From: an uncultured cyanobacterium
GTDB lineage: Bacteria; Cyanobacteriota; Cyanobacteriia; Phormidesmidales; Phormidesmidaceae
Assembly (NCBI GenBank): GCA_963793265.1
Contig: CAWBZI010000001.1
Location: 1,056,001-1,120,000 of the forward strand
DNA length: 64,000 nucleotides
Direction of reading: 5' to 3'
Part shown: positions 1 through 10,069 of the stretch, piece by piece
How the letters are laid out: every line of letters starts with the position of its first letter
How positions within the stretch are numbered: position 1 is the stretch's first letter
Notes under the pieces: model-generated
The model's input: only the letters and a program-made list of their open reading frames with translations
Told to the model about the DNA's origin: nothing
Database searches by the model: none
Translations under genes and position numbers: made by a program

Positions 1-180
1 CGCAATCCAGGGCGTAGCCTCCAAATCTAAAAGAACGCAGCCAACAGCAGCAGCGAAGCTAGTAGCAGCAATAGCCAGCCCAGCGCGATAAAGAATCACT
101 TCCTGGCGGTCGCCCTTGTCTACCGTAAACGTTCCAAACTGACCCTCGTATACATCCGAAGGTATCTGTTGAGCTGTCAT
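1..180 (-). CDS. DUF2301 family membrane protein, N-terminal part (runs off window edge)
   Basis: Manual translation from ATG at 180: MTAQQIPSDVYEGQFGTFTVDKGDRQEVILYRAGLAIAA...; YxGQFGxFT...DRxEVxxYR is the typical DUF2301 N-terminus. Not in the ORF track. Confidence 0.75.
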   Translation of the reverse strand, partial: MTAQQIPSDVYEGQFGTFTVDKGDRQEVILYRAGLAIAATSFAAAVGCVLLDLEATPWIA

Positions 181-202
181 ATTGCTAACCTCGCTTTACT
201 CA

Positions 203-931
203 CTACCAGTTACTATCATCGCGCCGCTTTGAAAACAAACCCAGCATCGGCCCTAAAATGACGCCAAAAACGAATCCGCCCGCGTGTGCCCAGTAGGCTA
301 CACCCCCCGAGCCAGTATTAGCCATCGCATCTAAGCTCGCATAGCTGTAGAAAGACTGCTGGATAAACCACCATCCTAAAAAGAGGTAGGCCGGAACCGG
401 AATTACAAAGAGCGCAATGAACGTTGAGATCCTAGCGCGTGGAAAGCGAATGATGTACGCGCCCATTACGCCAGCGATCGCCCCACTTGCCCCTACCGTC
501 GGCACCGCAGAACCCGGCGCAAAAATCCACTGACTCAGCGCTGCTAACGCCCCGCAGGCCAGATAGAAAATCAGAAACTTAACCGATCCCAGCCGGTCTT
601 CAATGTTGTTACCAAAGATCCATAGATAGAGCATGTTGCCGCCCAAGTGAGCTAGCCCGCCGTGTAAGAACTGAGAAGAGAACAGCGTAATCCACTCACT
701 GCTCGCAGGCATGTTGTCAATCGGCAGCGGACACTGAAAGCTAACCGATAGAGAGCCTGGTAGCGAGCACGTTAGCTCCGCAGGCACCAGCGCCCAGGTG
801 TTTATAAACTGTTGCAGTGCGCCGCTACCCAGCGACATCTCGTACAGAAAAATGACAACGTTCAGCGAAATTAAGGCATACACCACCACAGGCGTTGTGC
901 TAATTGGGTTGTCATCTCTCAGAGGAACCAC
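203..931 (-). CDS. Rhomboid family intramembrane serine protease
   Basis: PLRDDNP N-terminus, HGGLAHLGGNMLYLWIFGNNIE, catalytic GASGA and AHAGGF motifs. Confidence 0.95.
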   Translation of the reverse strand: MVPLRDDNPISTTPVVVYALISLNVVIFLYEMSLGSGALQQFINTWALVPAELTCSLPGSLSVSFQCPLPIDNMPASSEWITLFSSQFLHGGLAHLGGNMLYLWIFGNNIEDRLGSVKFLIFYLACGALAALSQWIFAPGSAVPTVGASGAIAGVMGAYIIRFPRARISTFIALFVIPVPAYLFLGWWFIQQSFYSYASLDAMANTGSGGVAYWAHAGGFVFGVILGPMLGLFSKRRDDSNW

Positions 932-954
932 GGCATTTGTAATGAAGGTTGACT

Positions 955-1866
955 TTATCTTAGACAGAAATTCCAGGCTAAAACACCCGCTTCTGCATCC
1001 AAACGCACCCGCACCCCTACCGGCAAAGCAGCATTAGTGCCGTCGTGCCCAAACGGTAAATCTGAAACAATAGGAATGCCTAGCTCACCCAGGCGATCGC
1101 GCATCACCTCATCCACACTCAGCGACACCGACTCACCTGGCTCCCACCCGCTAAACCGACCCAGCGCAATCCCCTTCACCGCCTTCAGCCGCCCCATCGA
1201 TCGCCACTGCGTCAGCATCCTATCCAAGCGATAAGGCGCTTCGCCCACATCCTCAAACGCCAAAATCACATCGGTCAAATCAGGCTCCGCTGCCGTCCCA
1301 AGTAAATGAGTCGCCACACAAAGGTTTCCAGGCAGTAAAACGCCTTCAGCCGCTCCGCCGCCCCAGCCCTTGCCTTTAATAGGTTCAATTTGACGACCTT
1401 CGACCCAATCAAACAACCGTTTAACCGACCAATCAGGCTCATCAGCAAGCGTCGTCAATACCGGGCCATGAACCCCCGAGATACCGTGTTTGCTGAGGCT
1501 CCACAGCAGGCTAGTGACATCGGAAAACCCAATCAGCCACTTAGGTGCAAACGCGTCTAAAGCAGGCCAGGCCCAATCTTCCAACAACCGCGTACCACCA
1601 TATCCGCCTCTAGAACACAGCACGCCTCTGCACTCAGGATTTTGCAGCGCGCTCAATAGCTGCTGCCGCCGTCCGTCATCCTTTCCGGCCAAATATCCCC
1701 AGCGCGCATCATAGCCGTCTGCTCTCTGCACTTCGTAGCCGCGATCACGCCATACCGCTATCCCTTCCTCAAACGCCTCCGAAGCTTGCAGCCCGCCGCT
1801 TGGCGAAATCACACAGAGCAAATCTCCTGGCTTCAGCGGTGGTGGCACGCGGCAAGCAGCTTCCAT
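955..1866 (-). CDS. LD-carboxypeptidase, peptidase S66 (LdcA/MccF-like)
   Basis: RGGYG, GFSDVT (Ser nucleophile), EDVGE and FGH motifs. Confidence 0.92.
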   Translation of the reverse strand: MEAACRVPPPLKPGDLLCVISPSGGLQASEAFEEGIAVWRDRGYEVQRADGYDARWGYLAGKDDGRRQQLLSALQNPECRGVLCSRGGYGGTRLLEDWAWPALDAFAPKWLIGFSDVTSLLWSLSKHGISGVHGPVLTTLADEPDWSVKRLFDWVEGRQIEPIKGKGWGGGAAEGVLLPGNLCVATHLLGTAAEPDLTDVILAFEDVGEAPYRLDRMLTQWRSMGRLKAVKGIALGRFSGWEPGESVSLSVDEVMRDRLGELGIPIVSDLPFGHDGTNAALPVGVRVRLDAEAGVLAWNFCLR

Positions 1867-2418
1867 TTAATAAGACCGAAACCTCAATCGATTGTGCTTA
1901 TCCACTTCGTAAGCCTCGCCCACGTAGCCAGTCCGGTTGTACATAATTTGGTGAATGTGTCGGTCTAGCTCACCTTCGTTATCAAAGCGATCGCGATAGT
2001 AGTCTTTAATATCTTCTTCCACACCTAAGCTAGCAAGCTGATAGTGCAGCGCCTGGCGATCGCCTGCAAAGTAAGCATCTCTAGCGGCCTGAGAGTGCCA
2101 AAACTTATTCACAATCCTATAGGGAACGCCCCCTAGAGTAACTCGCTCACTCACGAACAGTCCGCCCCAAGTCACGCTGCCAATGCCTAAAATAGCAACG
2201 GTTGCTGCCACCCGATATTGCCACTGCCTGAGCGGTTTTCGCTTATCGTGCAGCCGTTGAATGAGCCGACTAGGTTTGTTTTCGTGTTGCGATCGCTTGC
2301 GCCGTACCAAATTAAAAAACAGGCGATTGCGCTTCAAAGAGCTTTTAAGTCGCCGCTGCAAAAGACTTGGCATATCGCCTTCGGCATCGGGCAGGCGGGA
2401 ATGAGGCAAACGGGTCAT
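1867..2418 (-). CDS. Hypothetical cyanobacterial single-TM protein
   Basis: 183-aa ORF abutting the S66 gene; basic N-terminus, one TM, C-terminal GVEEDIKDYYR...HQIMYNRTGYVG domain. Confidence 0.7.
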   Translation of the reverse strand: MTRLPHSRLPDAEGDMPSLLQRRLKSSLKRNRLFFNLVRRKRSQHENKPSRLIQRLHDKRKPLRQWQYRVAATVAILGIGSVTWGGLFVSERVTLGGVPYRIVNKFWHSQAARDAYFAGDRQALHYQLASLGVEEDIKDYYRDRFDNEGELDRHIHQIMYNRTGYVGEAYEVDKHNRLRFRSY

Positions 2419-2602
2419 ACCAAAAACATCAGCGATTCAATAGTCAAGGCAAGCTTCCAAGCAAACCTTCATGGTTATATTTTCAAAGTATGAAGGAAGA
2501 AGCACTGCAACGCCTGTATCTGTGTCAGTAGATTCACACAAGGCAATCTTACTCAACGATTGCAGCAGCAATCACCATGCTGTTAGTGGTAGATGCTGTC
2601 GA

Positions 2603-3919
2603 TTACACGACTGTCTGTCCAATGACGGTTGAGCTGCTCATTTTGTTCAGATCACGCTGCATTGTTTGACGTAGATGCTCAGAGAGTTGATCGATAGTGC
2701 CAGAGCGATCGCGCTGATAGTCAGCTAAATAGTCTTTCAAATTAATTAAGTCACTAATATGAAAATAGGCTTTTCGCGGTGCTTTAGGCTGTGCGTGCTC
2801 CAAATGAAACACCTCTCGCTCCAAACGCATCAGCGTGTCTAGAAAGCGCTCCGGCGTGGGCGACTCAGCCACATAGCCATCATAGATAGCATCAAAATTA
2901 AGCAGCCGCACCGTATCCCAGTACAGCTCCTCTCTCGTCAGCTTTTTACCGGCCAGATCGTAGTCCCCTTCATCACCAGAAACTTCTGCCTCTTCTAACA
3001 AAGCCTGTACCTTATAGACGCGCTCTCGCAGCGGCAGGTTCGAGTTAGGCTCCAAATTCAAAGCAGCTTCACACTTTTGCAGAAAAACCTGCTTAAGCCG
3101 GTCAATTCGATGGTTCCAGTCCAAGTCGTCCTCATGAGGCAGATTGGCCTCTGCTTCTAGCTGCACAATTACCCGATGGGCCACTCGTCGCAGGCGAGCA
3201 TAGTCATCGTTAGCGCCATTGCTGCGATCAGTCTCTATAGGCGATAGCTTTAGCTGAGCTTCTAGCCGAGCCAGCGTAGACTCAATAACCCGGTGCATCG
3301 GCTGTCGGTACCGATACTTCAGGCAAAGGGGCACTACATAAAAGTCAGGCACGTCCTCGGGCGCTGATGCTTTTTTGGCAAGCTGCGCTAGCACAGACAT
3401 CGGCAGTTGAATTGCCCCTGATCGAAACGGCATAATCGTGTCGTTTTGATAGGAGCAGCCGCCCTCAGGAAAAATCACCAGGCGGCACTGCGGGCTTTTG
3501 AGCAGCGACAGCGTTTGGCTAATGCTGGCGCGATCGCCCATTCCTCGCCGAATCGAATAGCAGCCCAACCGCTGAATGAACCACCCCATCAGTCCCTTAA
3601 AAGACTCATAGGCCACCACGTAATGAAATAGCTGCCCTAACCGCGCCGACAGCACAAACAGCGTAATCCCATCCTCCATCGTCGGATGATTGCACACAAA
3701 CACTAGGCGCGCATCATCCACCGCTCGCACTTTGCCCACACCCGCCTCATCCACCGATATGTTGAACTTGTATAGCACTCTCGCCAGCGGATAAGAAATG
3801 CTTTGCACCAGCCGGGTCATCAGCGGCTTTTGCTTTGGCGGATAAAACGTCTGCACTGCCTCTTTAGAACTGTCCGATGAAGTCTTGTCTTGAGCCACGG
3901 TACGAGAATGGGCGGTCAT
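2603..3919 (-). CDS. Phospholipid/glycerol acyltransferase (PlsC-like) family protein
   Basis: NHPTMED (HX4D) and IFPEGG acyltransferase motifs. Confidence 0.9.
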   Translation of the reverse strand: MTAHSRTVAQDKTSSDSSKEAVQTFYPPKQKPLMTRLVQSISYPLARVLYKFNISVDEAGVGKVRAVDDARLVFVCNHPTMEDGITLFVLSARLGQLFHYVVAYESFKGLMGWFIQRLGCYSIRRGMGDRASISQTLSLLKSPQCRLVIFPEGGCSYQNDTIMPFRSGAIQLPMSVLAQLAKKASAPEDVPDFYVVPLCLKYRYRQPMHRVIESTLARLEAQLKLSPIETDRSNGANDDYARLRRVAHRVIVQLEAEANLPHEDDLDWNHRIDRLKQVFLQKCEAALNLEPNSNLPLRERVYKVQALLEEAEVSGDEGDYDLAGKKLTREELYWDTVRLLNFDAIYDGYVAESPTPERFLDTLMRLEREVFHLEHAQPKAPRKAYFHISDLINLKDYLADYQRDRSGTIDQLSEHLRQTMQRDLNKMSSSTVIGQTVV

Positions 3920-3997
3920 AAGGTCACATCAACAAAATTCTATGTCCTTAAATATATAGACAAGCGCCCCTCTATGGCAGCGACGTGGGACAGCTAC

Positions 3998-4027
3998 AAA
4001 AAAGCACCCCTACCAAAGGCAGAGGTG
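3998..4027 (-). terminator. Rho-independent terminator
   Basis: Minus strand CACCTCTGCC-TTT-GGTAGGGGTG followed by CTTTTTT, about 100 nt after the stop of the 4127..4492 gene. Confidence 0.7.
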
Positions 4028-4126
4028 AGAAATGTCGTCAAAGTTGTGTGGATAGTTCTAATGTACTGCATTGCTATCACGCTGGCCACCACTCACAACA
4101 ACTCGACACAAACTTAAAAAAGTTGA

Positions 4127-4492
4127 TTAGCGAGAGATGACCAAGACAACACCACAGGCAATTAAGGCAACGCCTATCAAGCGTGAAACAGAAACAGCCT
4201 CTTTGAAAACAAAGATGCCAATGACAACTGAAAAAACGTAGATAAGCGCAGTGCTAGGGGCCGCTACGCTGAGCTTCACTTTACTCAGCAGCAGAATATA
4301 CGAGATCGCACTAAACCCGTAAAACCCTAATCCAATGATTAGTTCGGGGATAGCAATAGCGGCAAATACGCGAGCAGCAATACCAGAAGCTTCAATTGCA
4401 GCTATTTTAAGTGCGCCTGTCTTGAGCAATAGCTGACCGCAGGCCGCTGTGACAACAGAGAACAGAAGCAAACCGAGTTCTTGTGTATTCAC
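4127..4492 (-). CDS. Small 4-TM DMT superfamily (EamA/SMR, ArnE/F-like) transporter
   Basis: GQLLLKTG, LSVAAP and FKEAVS motifs; four hydrophobic helices in 121 aa. Confidence 0.85.
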   Translation of the reverse strand: MNTQELGLLLFSVVTAACGQLLLKTGALKIAAIEASGIAARVFAAIAIPELIIGLGFYGFSAISYILLLSKVKLSVAAPSTALIYVFSVVIGIFVFKEAVSVSRLIGVALIACGVVLVISR

Positions 4493-4563
4493 AGCGGCGG
4501 GGCATTATGCAAAAAGTGCAGGAGCTATCATACCAGGCTGTGACTGCGCTCACCTTTTCAAAA

Positions 4564-5517
4564 TCAGCCAGCCAAGTACTCACGCATGTCGCTCCGACGC
4601 TTGCGCAGCTTGGTTAAGGCTTCGCGTTCAATTTGACGAACGCGCTCACGGCTGATCTCTAGTACGGCACCAATTTTGGCTAGCGTCATGTTTTTGCCAT
4701 CATCTAAGCCAAAGCGTAGAGAGAGAACGCGCTGCTGCTGTGGCGTCAGGTCGGCTAAGAGCATCCGTAAGTCGCGCTTAAGTGAAGATTGTGTCGCAAA
4801 GTCGTCAGGCGTAAGGCCGTCATCTTCTAACAAATCGCTGAGCTGAGTGTCTTTGTTGTCACCAACGCGCAGATCGAGCGAAAGCGGCTGACGAGATTTG
4901 TCTAGGTAGTCACGCACCTGCTGAGTCGTGAGCCCGGTGTCTTCGGCGATTTCGGCCATGGTGGGCGCGCGGCCTGTCTTTTGGGCGAACTGGCGCTGAG
5001 ACTTTTTGATTTTGTTGAGCTTTTCGGTGATGTGGATGGGGAGGCGGATAGTGCGGCTTTTCTCAGCGATCGCCCGCGTAATTGCCTGGCGAATCCACCA
5101 GTACGCATAGGTACTAAAGCGATAGCCCTTAGCCGGGTCAAATTTCTCCACACCGCGCTGCATCCCAATCGTGCCCTCTTGAATCAAATCAAGCAGATCG
5201 ACATTGCGCTTGATGTACTTCTTAGCGACAGAGACAACCAGACGAAGATTGGCCTCTACCATCTTTCGCTTGGCCCTTTCTCCAGCTGCTACCGTAGCGG
5301 CTAGCTCAGCTTCAGATACGCCTGCGGCCTCGGCCCATTCGGCCTGGCTGGGTTCGCGGTCAAGCTTTTCGGCAAGTTCAGATTGCAGCGCGAGCAGCGA
5401 CATAAGCTGCTTTACCTGCTTACCCAAAATAATCTCTTCTTCGTGGGTGAGCAGTGGCACACGGCCAATCTCTTTAAGATAGGTACGGACTAAATCGGTC
5501 GAGGCAGCAGCTTTCAT
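4564..5517 (-). CDS. sigD: Group 2 RNA polymerase sigma factor (SigD/RpoD3-like)
   Basis: [55 protein letters not shown]; no region 1.1; likely start ATG 5517 (MKAAAST) rather than 5625. Subtype assignment is less certain than the family. Confidence 0.85.
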   Translation of the reverse strand: MKAAASTDLVRTYLKEIGRVPLLTHEEEIILGKQVKQLMSLLALQSELAEKLDREPSQAEWAEAAGVSEAELAATVAAGERAKRKMVEANLRLVVSVAKKYIKRNVDLLDLIQEGTIGMQRGVEKFDPAKGYRFSTYAYWWIRQAITRAIAEKSRTIRLPIHITEKLNKIKKSQRQFAQKTGRAPTMAEIAEDTGLTTQQVRDYLDKSRQPLSLDLRVGDNKDTQLSDLLEDDGLTPDDFATQSSLKRDLRMLLADLTPQQQRVLSLRFGLDDGKNMTLAKIGAVLEISRERVRQIEREALTKLRKRRSDMREYLAG

Positions 5518-5666
5518 AAAAAATCGCGAATCGGGACAAGAGTAGTTCGCACATCGGAAGCTTTGTTTCTTAAGGAACCGAAGTCGTAAGAACTCAGGTT
5601 TGGAAACTAAAGCCTCTGGAGCCACATAACAAAAAAAGGAATCTTATGTAAGTCATAAGCGCCTCT

Positions 5667-5684
5667 TATGTTAAGTATTATAAC
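5667..5684 (-). promoter_or_regulatory. HLR1 (RpaB)-like direct repeat overlapping a TATAAT -10 box upstream of sigD
   Basis: Minus strand GTTATAAT-AC-TTAACATA versus consensus KTTACAWW-NN-KTTACAWW. Confidence 0.55.
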
Positions 5685-5887
5685 TTTTATGAGAAGGTTT
5701 TTATGTTTTTCTTTAGAAACTAATTTTTTAGGCGTTAAGAACAAGGAACCCTTTAGCGTCTTTTTAGCACTGCCTTCAAAAGCCGCAGCCTTTCTTTCAT
5801 AGGGAGATAGGACGGTGCTGTGTAATAAAATCCTACAGGGAATGCTCAGCAGCGGAGCGCAGGAAATATTAAAGGAATATGCAAATG

Positions 5888-5921
5888 TTTGTAAACTAAT
5901 TAACTTTGTAAACTAATTAAC
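5888..5921. repeat. Perfect 17-bp tandem duplication TTTGTAAACTAATTAAC x2
   Basis: Read directly from the sequence. Confidence 0.9.
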
Positions 5922-6002
5922 CTCACTCCCAAAAACCATACATTGCACCTCAGACATATTTTGTTCGACCCAATACTGTTTTTCTCCCTTTAGAAACAGC
6001 AG

Positions 6003-8747
6003 CTAGGCTTCTTGCGCGTTCTTAGGATAGGAAATGCGCTTGTGGTTATGCTGCTGCCACACCTGGATAAATACGCTGGCAATCGTGTCCATATCGTCTC
6101 GGGCGAGGCCGCTGTCGATCAGCTGTCGGTTGCGCCAGCGAGCCCGCAAGATTTTATCGACCATGGTGTAGGCTTCGTCCATTGAGGCATCTGGTTTGAG
6201 CGATCGCAGCGCTGCCTCACAAGAATCAGCCAGCATCGTAATCCCAGTTTCCGGGCTTTGTGGAATCGGCCCGTCATAGCGAAAATCAGCCTCGCTAATC
6301 ACCAAACTAGGCTCTATGGTTTGCCTTTCTTTAGCCTGCTGATAAAAGTAGCTAATTCTCATATCCCCCTGATGCTCAGGAATAAACGCCCGAACTGCCT
6401 TGGGTAGCCGGTACTGGCGCGCCATCACAATGCCCTGAGTAACATGCTTTTTGATAATGCTGGCACTGCGCCAGGGGTCATTAATGATGTCGTGCTTGTT
6501 CGGTGCGCCCATCTGATTTTCAATGAAACCCTGAGGGTCGTGCATCTTGCCAATATCGTGATAGAGCGTACCGGCCCTCACCAGCTCTACATTTCGGCCT
6601 AAAGCACGCGCCGCCGCCTCAGCTAAATTAGCCACAAACATCGTGTGCTGAAACGTACCGGGTGCTTCAGCCGCTAGTCGCTTTAGCAGTGGGCGGTTGG
6701 GATTCGCCAGCTCAGCCAGGCGAATCGGGGTTACTACGTCAAAAAAGTGCTCCAGGTAAGGGCTTACGCCGAGTGCGACCACGCTCCAAGCAATGCCATA
6801 CAAGCCGTGCATGGCAGAGCCAACAAAGACAACTTTCCATAGCGGCGCAGTGGCCGATAAGCGCAACAGCGTTATCACCAGATAAGTACTGGCTTGAGTC
6901 AGTCCGACAAATCCGCCCAGCAGAGCAAACTCTTCCCTTGCCCTGAGCTGAGGGGCAATCCAGGTACCCACCATCGCCGCCGCCAGCCCTGCAACTAAAG
7001 GAATGCCACTAACCGGGGTGCCAATCGGCAGCGCCAAAGCAAGTAAGCTCACGACCGTTAACCCTAGCGCTGAGCCATAAAAGCTGCCAATCAACAAACC
7101 GACCGCTGGAAGTCCGGCAGACGGCACCCCGATCGCCGCTAGCGCAGCCACAATTAGGCAGAGCAGCAGCACCAGCAGATGATCGCGCTGGTTGATCTGG
7201 TGCACCTGATAGTGATCTACCCATAGGTAAAAGGCGGCTGCACTGGCTATTAATAGGCTGAAGCCACACAGCCCGATCCAGTTGAAGTAGCGGCTAGTCA
7301 AACCAAAATGATCCAATCGAGCAAAGTCAGCAGCATCAATAGTTTCACCAGCAAGCACAATTAAATCCCCTTTTTGCACAGACACCATTACCGGCGTAAT
7401 ATCTCTAACGGCCTGCTCGGCCTGCTGCTGAGTGCGCGTTTCGTCCGGGACTAGGTTAGGCACAAGCGCCGCTGATAGTACATCAGCAGCGAGCTGTTGC
7501 ACCGTCACATCCAAGTCGTCATCGACCCGATTTTCAATCGCATAGCGCATGACATCAGGCGGTAATCCGGGCGGAATACCTTGAGTCATCATCTCGTTGA
7601 AGATCTCTCGGGCAGTGGTTTCTAAGACAAACCACTGCGGTTCGCTTAGCTCAAACAAACGATAGTTATATAAAGGCTGGCCTTTGGTACTGGCAGCTCG
7701 AGCTAAGTCAGCAGCCGCCTTACGGTACTGCTGCCGGGGCACTTCAAGACGAGTTTTAAGCTGGGCTAGGCCCCGGTCACCGGCTAGCTCGCGGTAGGCA
7801 ACCAGCTCTCTAATAACTGCGAGCTGGTCAGGGAGAAAAGCACGGAGCTGAATCGTTAAGGTGGGAGAAAGAGGTACCGAGCGAGTAGGCTTAGCCGTTG
7901 AATCAGCCGAATCAGGCTCTGCGGAATTAGTATCATCGTCAGTACCGGTCTTCTCGGTAGTATCTTTGGTGACTTCTTCGGCCTCTTCAGTAGGAAGCGC
8001 CTGCTGACTAAAAGGCTCTAGCTGAGCGGCTGATAGATTGGTCATCTCAGCTAGTCGCCACACTGTCTTCCACTGCGGGTCTGAAACCTGAAAGAGAAAA
8101 TCTTGCGTGGGCCTAGAGATAATTTGTAAGTTGAGAAACGGCGGCGAGCCTGCCTGATCGCGTAGCTCACGACCCTGACGCAAAAGCGTTTCTAAAGAGC
8201 GCAAGGCTTCATTGGTTCGCTCAGTATCAATTTTGAGCACTGGCACCGCGCCGTCACGGGCATTATTTCGCCGCTGCTCTGTTTCTTTTTTATCCTCAAA
8301 AACAACGCTCTCAGGTGCGTAAAACGTTTGAGGCGATACCGACTTTACATCTAGCCCTGGCTGGCTATAAAAGCGCTGACCTAAGCAGGCGCTCAGCAAA
8401 AGGATAGCGAGTAGCGTCACTGTCCAAGTTCGCCGGGAAGTGTCTTTGGCGGTGCCCTTAGCAGTGATGCCTCGCCGCAGCAAGGTTTGCCCGGTAGAGC
8501 GTTTTATGGCGGTGGTGGGCGATCGCTTATGCCCTGACTTAGCCCTACCCTTAGAAACCGCCTGCGCGAGCCCTTCCACCACAAAAAACCGCCGAGTCCC
8601 ATCTACCCAAGGCGAACACCGCCGCTTGACCCGCCGCCGCAAATAGCGCCCAGGATGCTTCAATCGCAAGAATGACCGCGACCAAAGCTGATACATTCGA
8701 CTGGCAATATGACCCATAACGCCCATAGGCTCTACCAGGCTCCCCAA
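6003..8747 (-). CDS. 7TM-HD (HDIG) phosphohydrolase, PgpH-like cyclic dinucleotide phosphodiesterase family
   Basis: Extracytoplasmic domain, multi-TM block, APGTFQH, YHDIGK, EHQG, FRYDGPIPQS and MLADSCEAA motifs; true start probably downstream of 8747. Confidence 0.9.
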   Translation of the reverse strand: MGSLVEPMGVMGHIASRMYQLWSRSFLRLKHPGRYLRRRVKRRCSPWVDGTRRFFVVEGLAQAVSKGRAKSGHKRSPTTAIKRSTGQTLLRRGITAKGTAKDTSRRTWTVTLLAILLLSACLGQRFYSQPGLDVKSVSPQTFYAPESVVFEDKKETEQRRNNARDGAVPVLKIDTERTNEALRSLETLLRQGRELRDQAGSPPFLNLQIISRPTQDFLFQVSDPQWKTVWRLAEMTNLSAAQLEPFSQQALPTEEAEEVTKDTTEKTGTDDDTNSAEPDSADSTAKPTRSVPLSPTLTIQLRAFLPDQLAVIRELVAYRELAGDRGLAQLKTRLEVPRQQYRKAAADLARAASTKGQPLYNYRLFELSEPQWFVLETTAREIFNEMMTQGIPPGLPPDVMRYAIENRVDDDLDVTVQQLAADVLSAALVPNLVPDETRTQQQAEQAVRDITPVMVSVQKGDLIVLAGETIDAADFARLDHFGLTSRYFNWIGLCGFSLLIASAAAFYLWVDHYQVHQINQRDHLLVLLLCLIVAALAAIGVPSAGLPAVGLLIGSFYGSALGLTVVSLLALALPIGTPVSGIPLVAGLAAAMVGTWIAPQLRAREEFALLGGFVGLTQASTYLVITLLRLSATAPLWKVVFVGSAMHGLYGIAWSVVALGVSPYLEHFFDVVTPIRLAELANPNRPLLKRLAAEAPGTFQHTMFVANLAEAAARALGRNVELVRAGTLYHDIGKMHDPQGFIENQMGAPNKHDIINDPWRSASIIKKHVTQGIVMARQYRLPKAVRAFIPEHQGDMRISYFYQQAKERQTIEPSLVISEADFRYDGPIPQSPETGITMLADSCEAALRSLKPDASMDEAYTMVDKILRARWRNRQLIDSGLARDDMDTIASVFIQVWQQHNHKRISYPKNAQEA

Positions 8748-8834
8748 TATTTAGGGAGGTGATCTGAACAGTTGCAAAGTAGAGGATGCGTCATGAGTTC
8801 AAGATTGTTGGGATTCGTGCTCTGTGCTTAATGC

Positions 8835-9752
8835 TCACTCGCTTTGAACACCCGCCCACTGCGCAAACAGGCTGTCGGCTATTCTCATCATCTCTGAGTA
8901 GTTAAACTTCGGATCACTTCGGCTACGCGCTTCATCGAAACTCAACCTATCTGCTAGCTGCCACAGCACTGGCAGCGAAGAATAACCACCCGCACAGCCC
9001 GATAGTAATCCAGCAATGACGGGGGCGATCGCCCCATACTGAGCTGACAAATACACCGCCGTCCTGTAGCTTTCCGGGTAGCTCAGCGCGCCTATCGCGC
9101 CGCCTATCAGCGCCGCCCCTTCTGACACACCCTCTAAGTAGAATGGCGATAAAGCACCAGCACTAGCATCTACCTGGGGTAGCTGCCTTGCCGAAATACT
9201 CGCTAAACTACTTCGATAGTATCGTCGCTGCTCGATAGACAGATCGCATCGCGTCAAACGATCTTCTAAACAAGCAAAGCTATACGCATCACACTCATAA
9301 CCACACAAAACAACTTCTAGCAAATCGCCCAGCAGCAGTGTGTGAACAATAGCCACATCATTAATTCGACCATTCGAGATTGCCTGCTGCCATCGGCGCT
9401 CCCAGCTATCGTGATAGCGCATTAATCCTGGAATAGCCGCCAGCAAAGTAAAGCGTTCGCCCTTTTTAGACAAGCTTCGATGAAAAGAAAGTTGCTGAAG
9501 AGGATTTGGCTGCGAGGTAAATAACTTCGTTTGCACCATTGCAAAATCAGCCGCCTTTCTTAGCTCACCTGTTAGCTCGCCCGTTAGATTGTCTGGATGA
9601 TCGCCCGTCGTACCTTGAGCTGTGTTTTGAGATGCGATCGCTAAAGCTGTAGGCACCATTCCTATGCCCAACAAGCCCCCTCTAAATCGGTCGAGCTGCC
9701 CGCCTGTCGGAGAGCTACTTCGCATAAGCCCTCTATAGTTGAGATTGACCAT
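8835..9752 (-). CDS. Degenerate ADP-ribosylglycohydrolase-like protein
   Basis: DRFRGGLLG N-terminus and IAGLLSGCAGGYSSLPVLW C-terminus fit the fold; acidic metal-binding motifs are absent. Confidence 0.55.
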   Translation of the reverse strand: MVNLNYRGLMRSSSPTGGQLDRFRGGLLGIGMVPTALAIASQNTAQGTTGDHPDNLTGELTGELRKAADFAMVQTKLFTSQPNPLQQLSFHRSLSKKGERFTLLAAIPGLMRYHDSWERRWQQAISNGRINDVAIVHTLLLGDLLEVVLCGYECDAYSFACLEDRLTRCDLSIEQRRYYRSSLASISARQLPQVDASAGALSPFYLEGVSEGAALIGGAIGALSYPESYRTAVYLSAQYGAIAPVIAGLLSGCAGGYSSLPVLWQLADRLSFDEARSRSDPKFNYSEMMRIADSLFAQWAGVQSE

Positions 9753-10069
9753 GGATATAACCCACCGTAGAGACAGGTCAAGGGGTTGGCTGGCGCAGCA
9801 AAAACTGGCCTATTTGGCAGCGGAATTGTATCCGTTTATATTGATATGGCTTACAGCACACTATGCACAAGGCTGAAGAAACTCGCAATGAGGCGATCAC
9901 ATACACATTCGTAAAACCACGCCTTATCAATTATTCCTGGCCAAATCACCGGCTACTGGCCTAACGATTTCTAGCTAAGCAACGGTAGCTAAACCCGACT
10001 AACCCAATGACAACACACATAGATAAAACGCGCTTAAACAGATTGTCCTTTAGCCTTAGCTTCCTGAAA

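Noticed and set aside
5518..5625. N-terminal extension of the sigma factor
   Set aside because: Family similarity starts at MKAAAST (5517); the extension is probably 5' UTR
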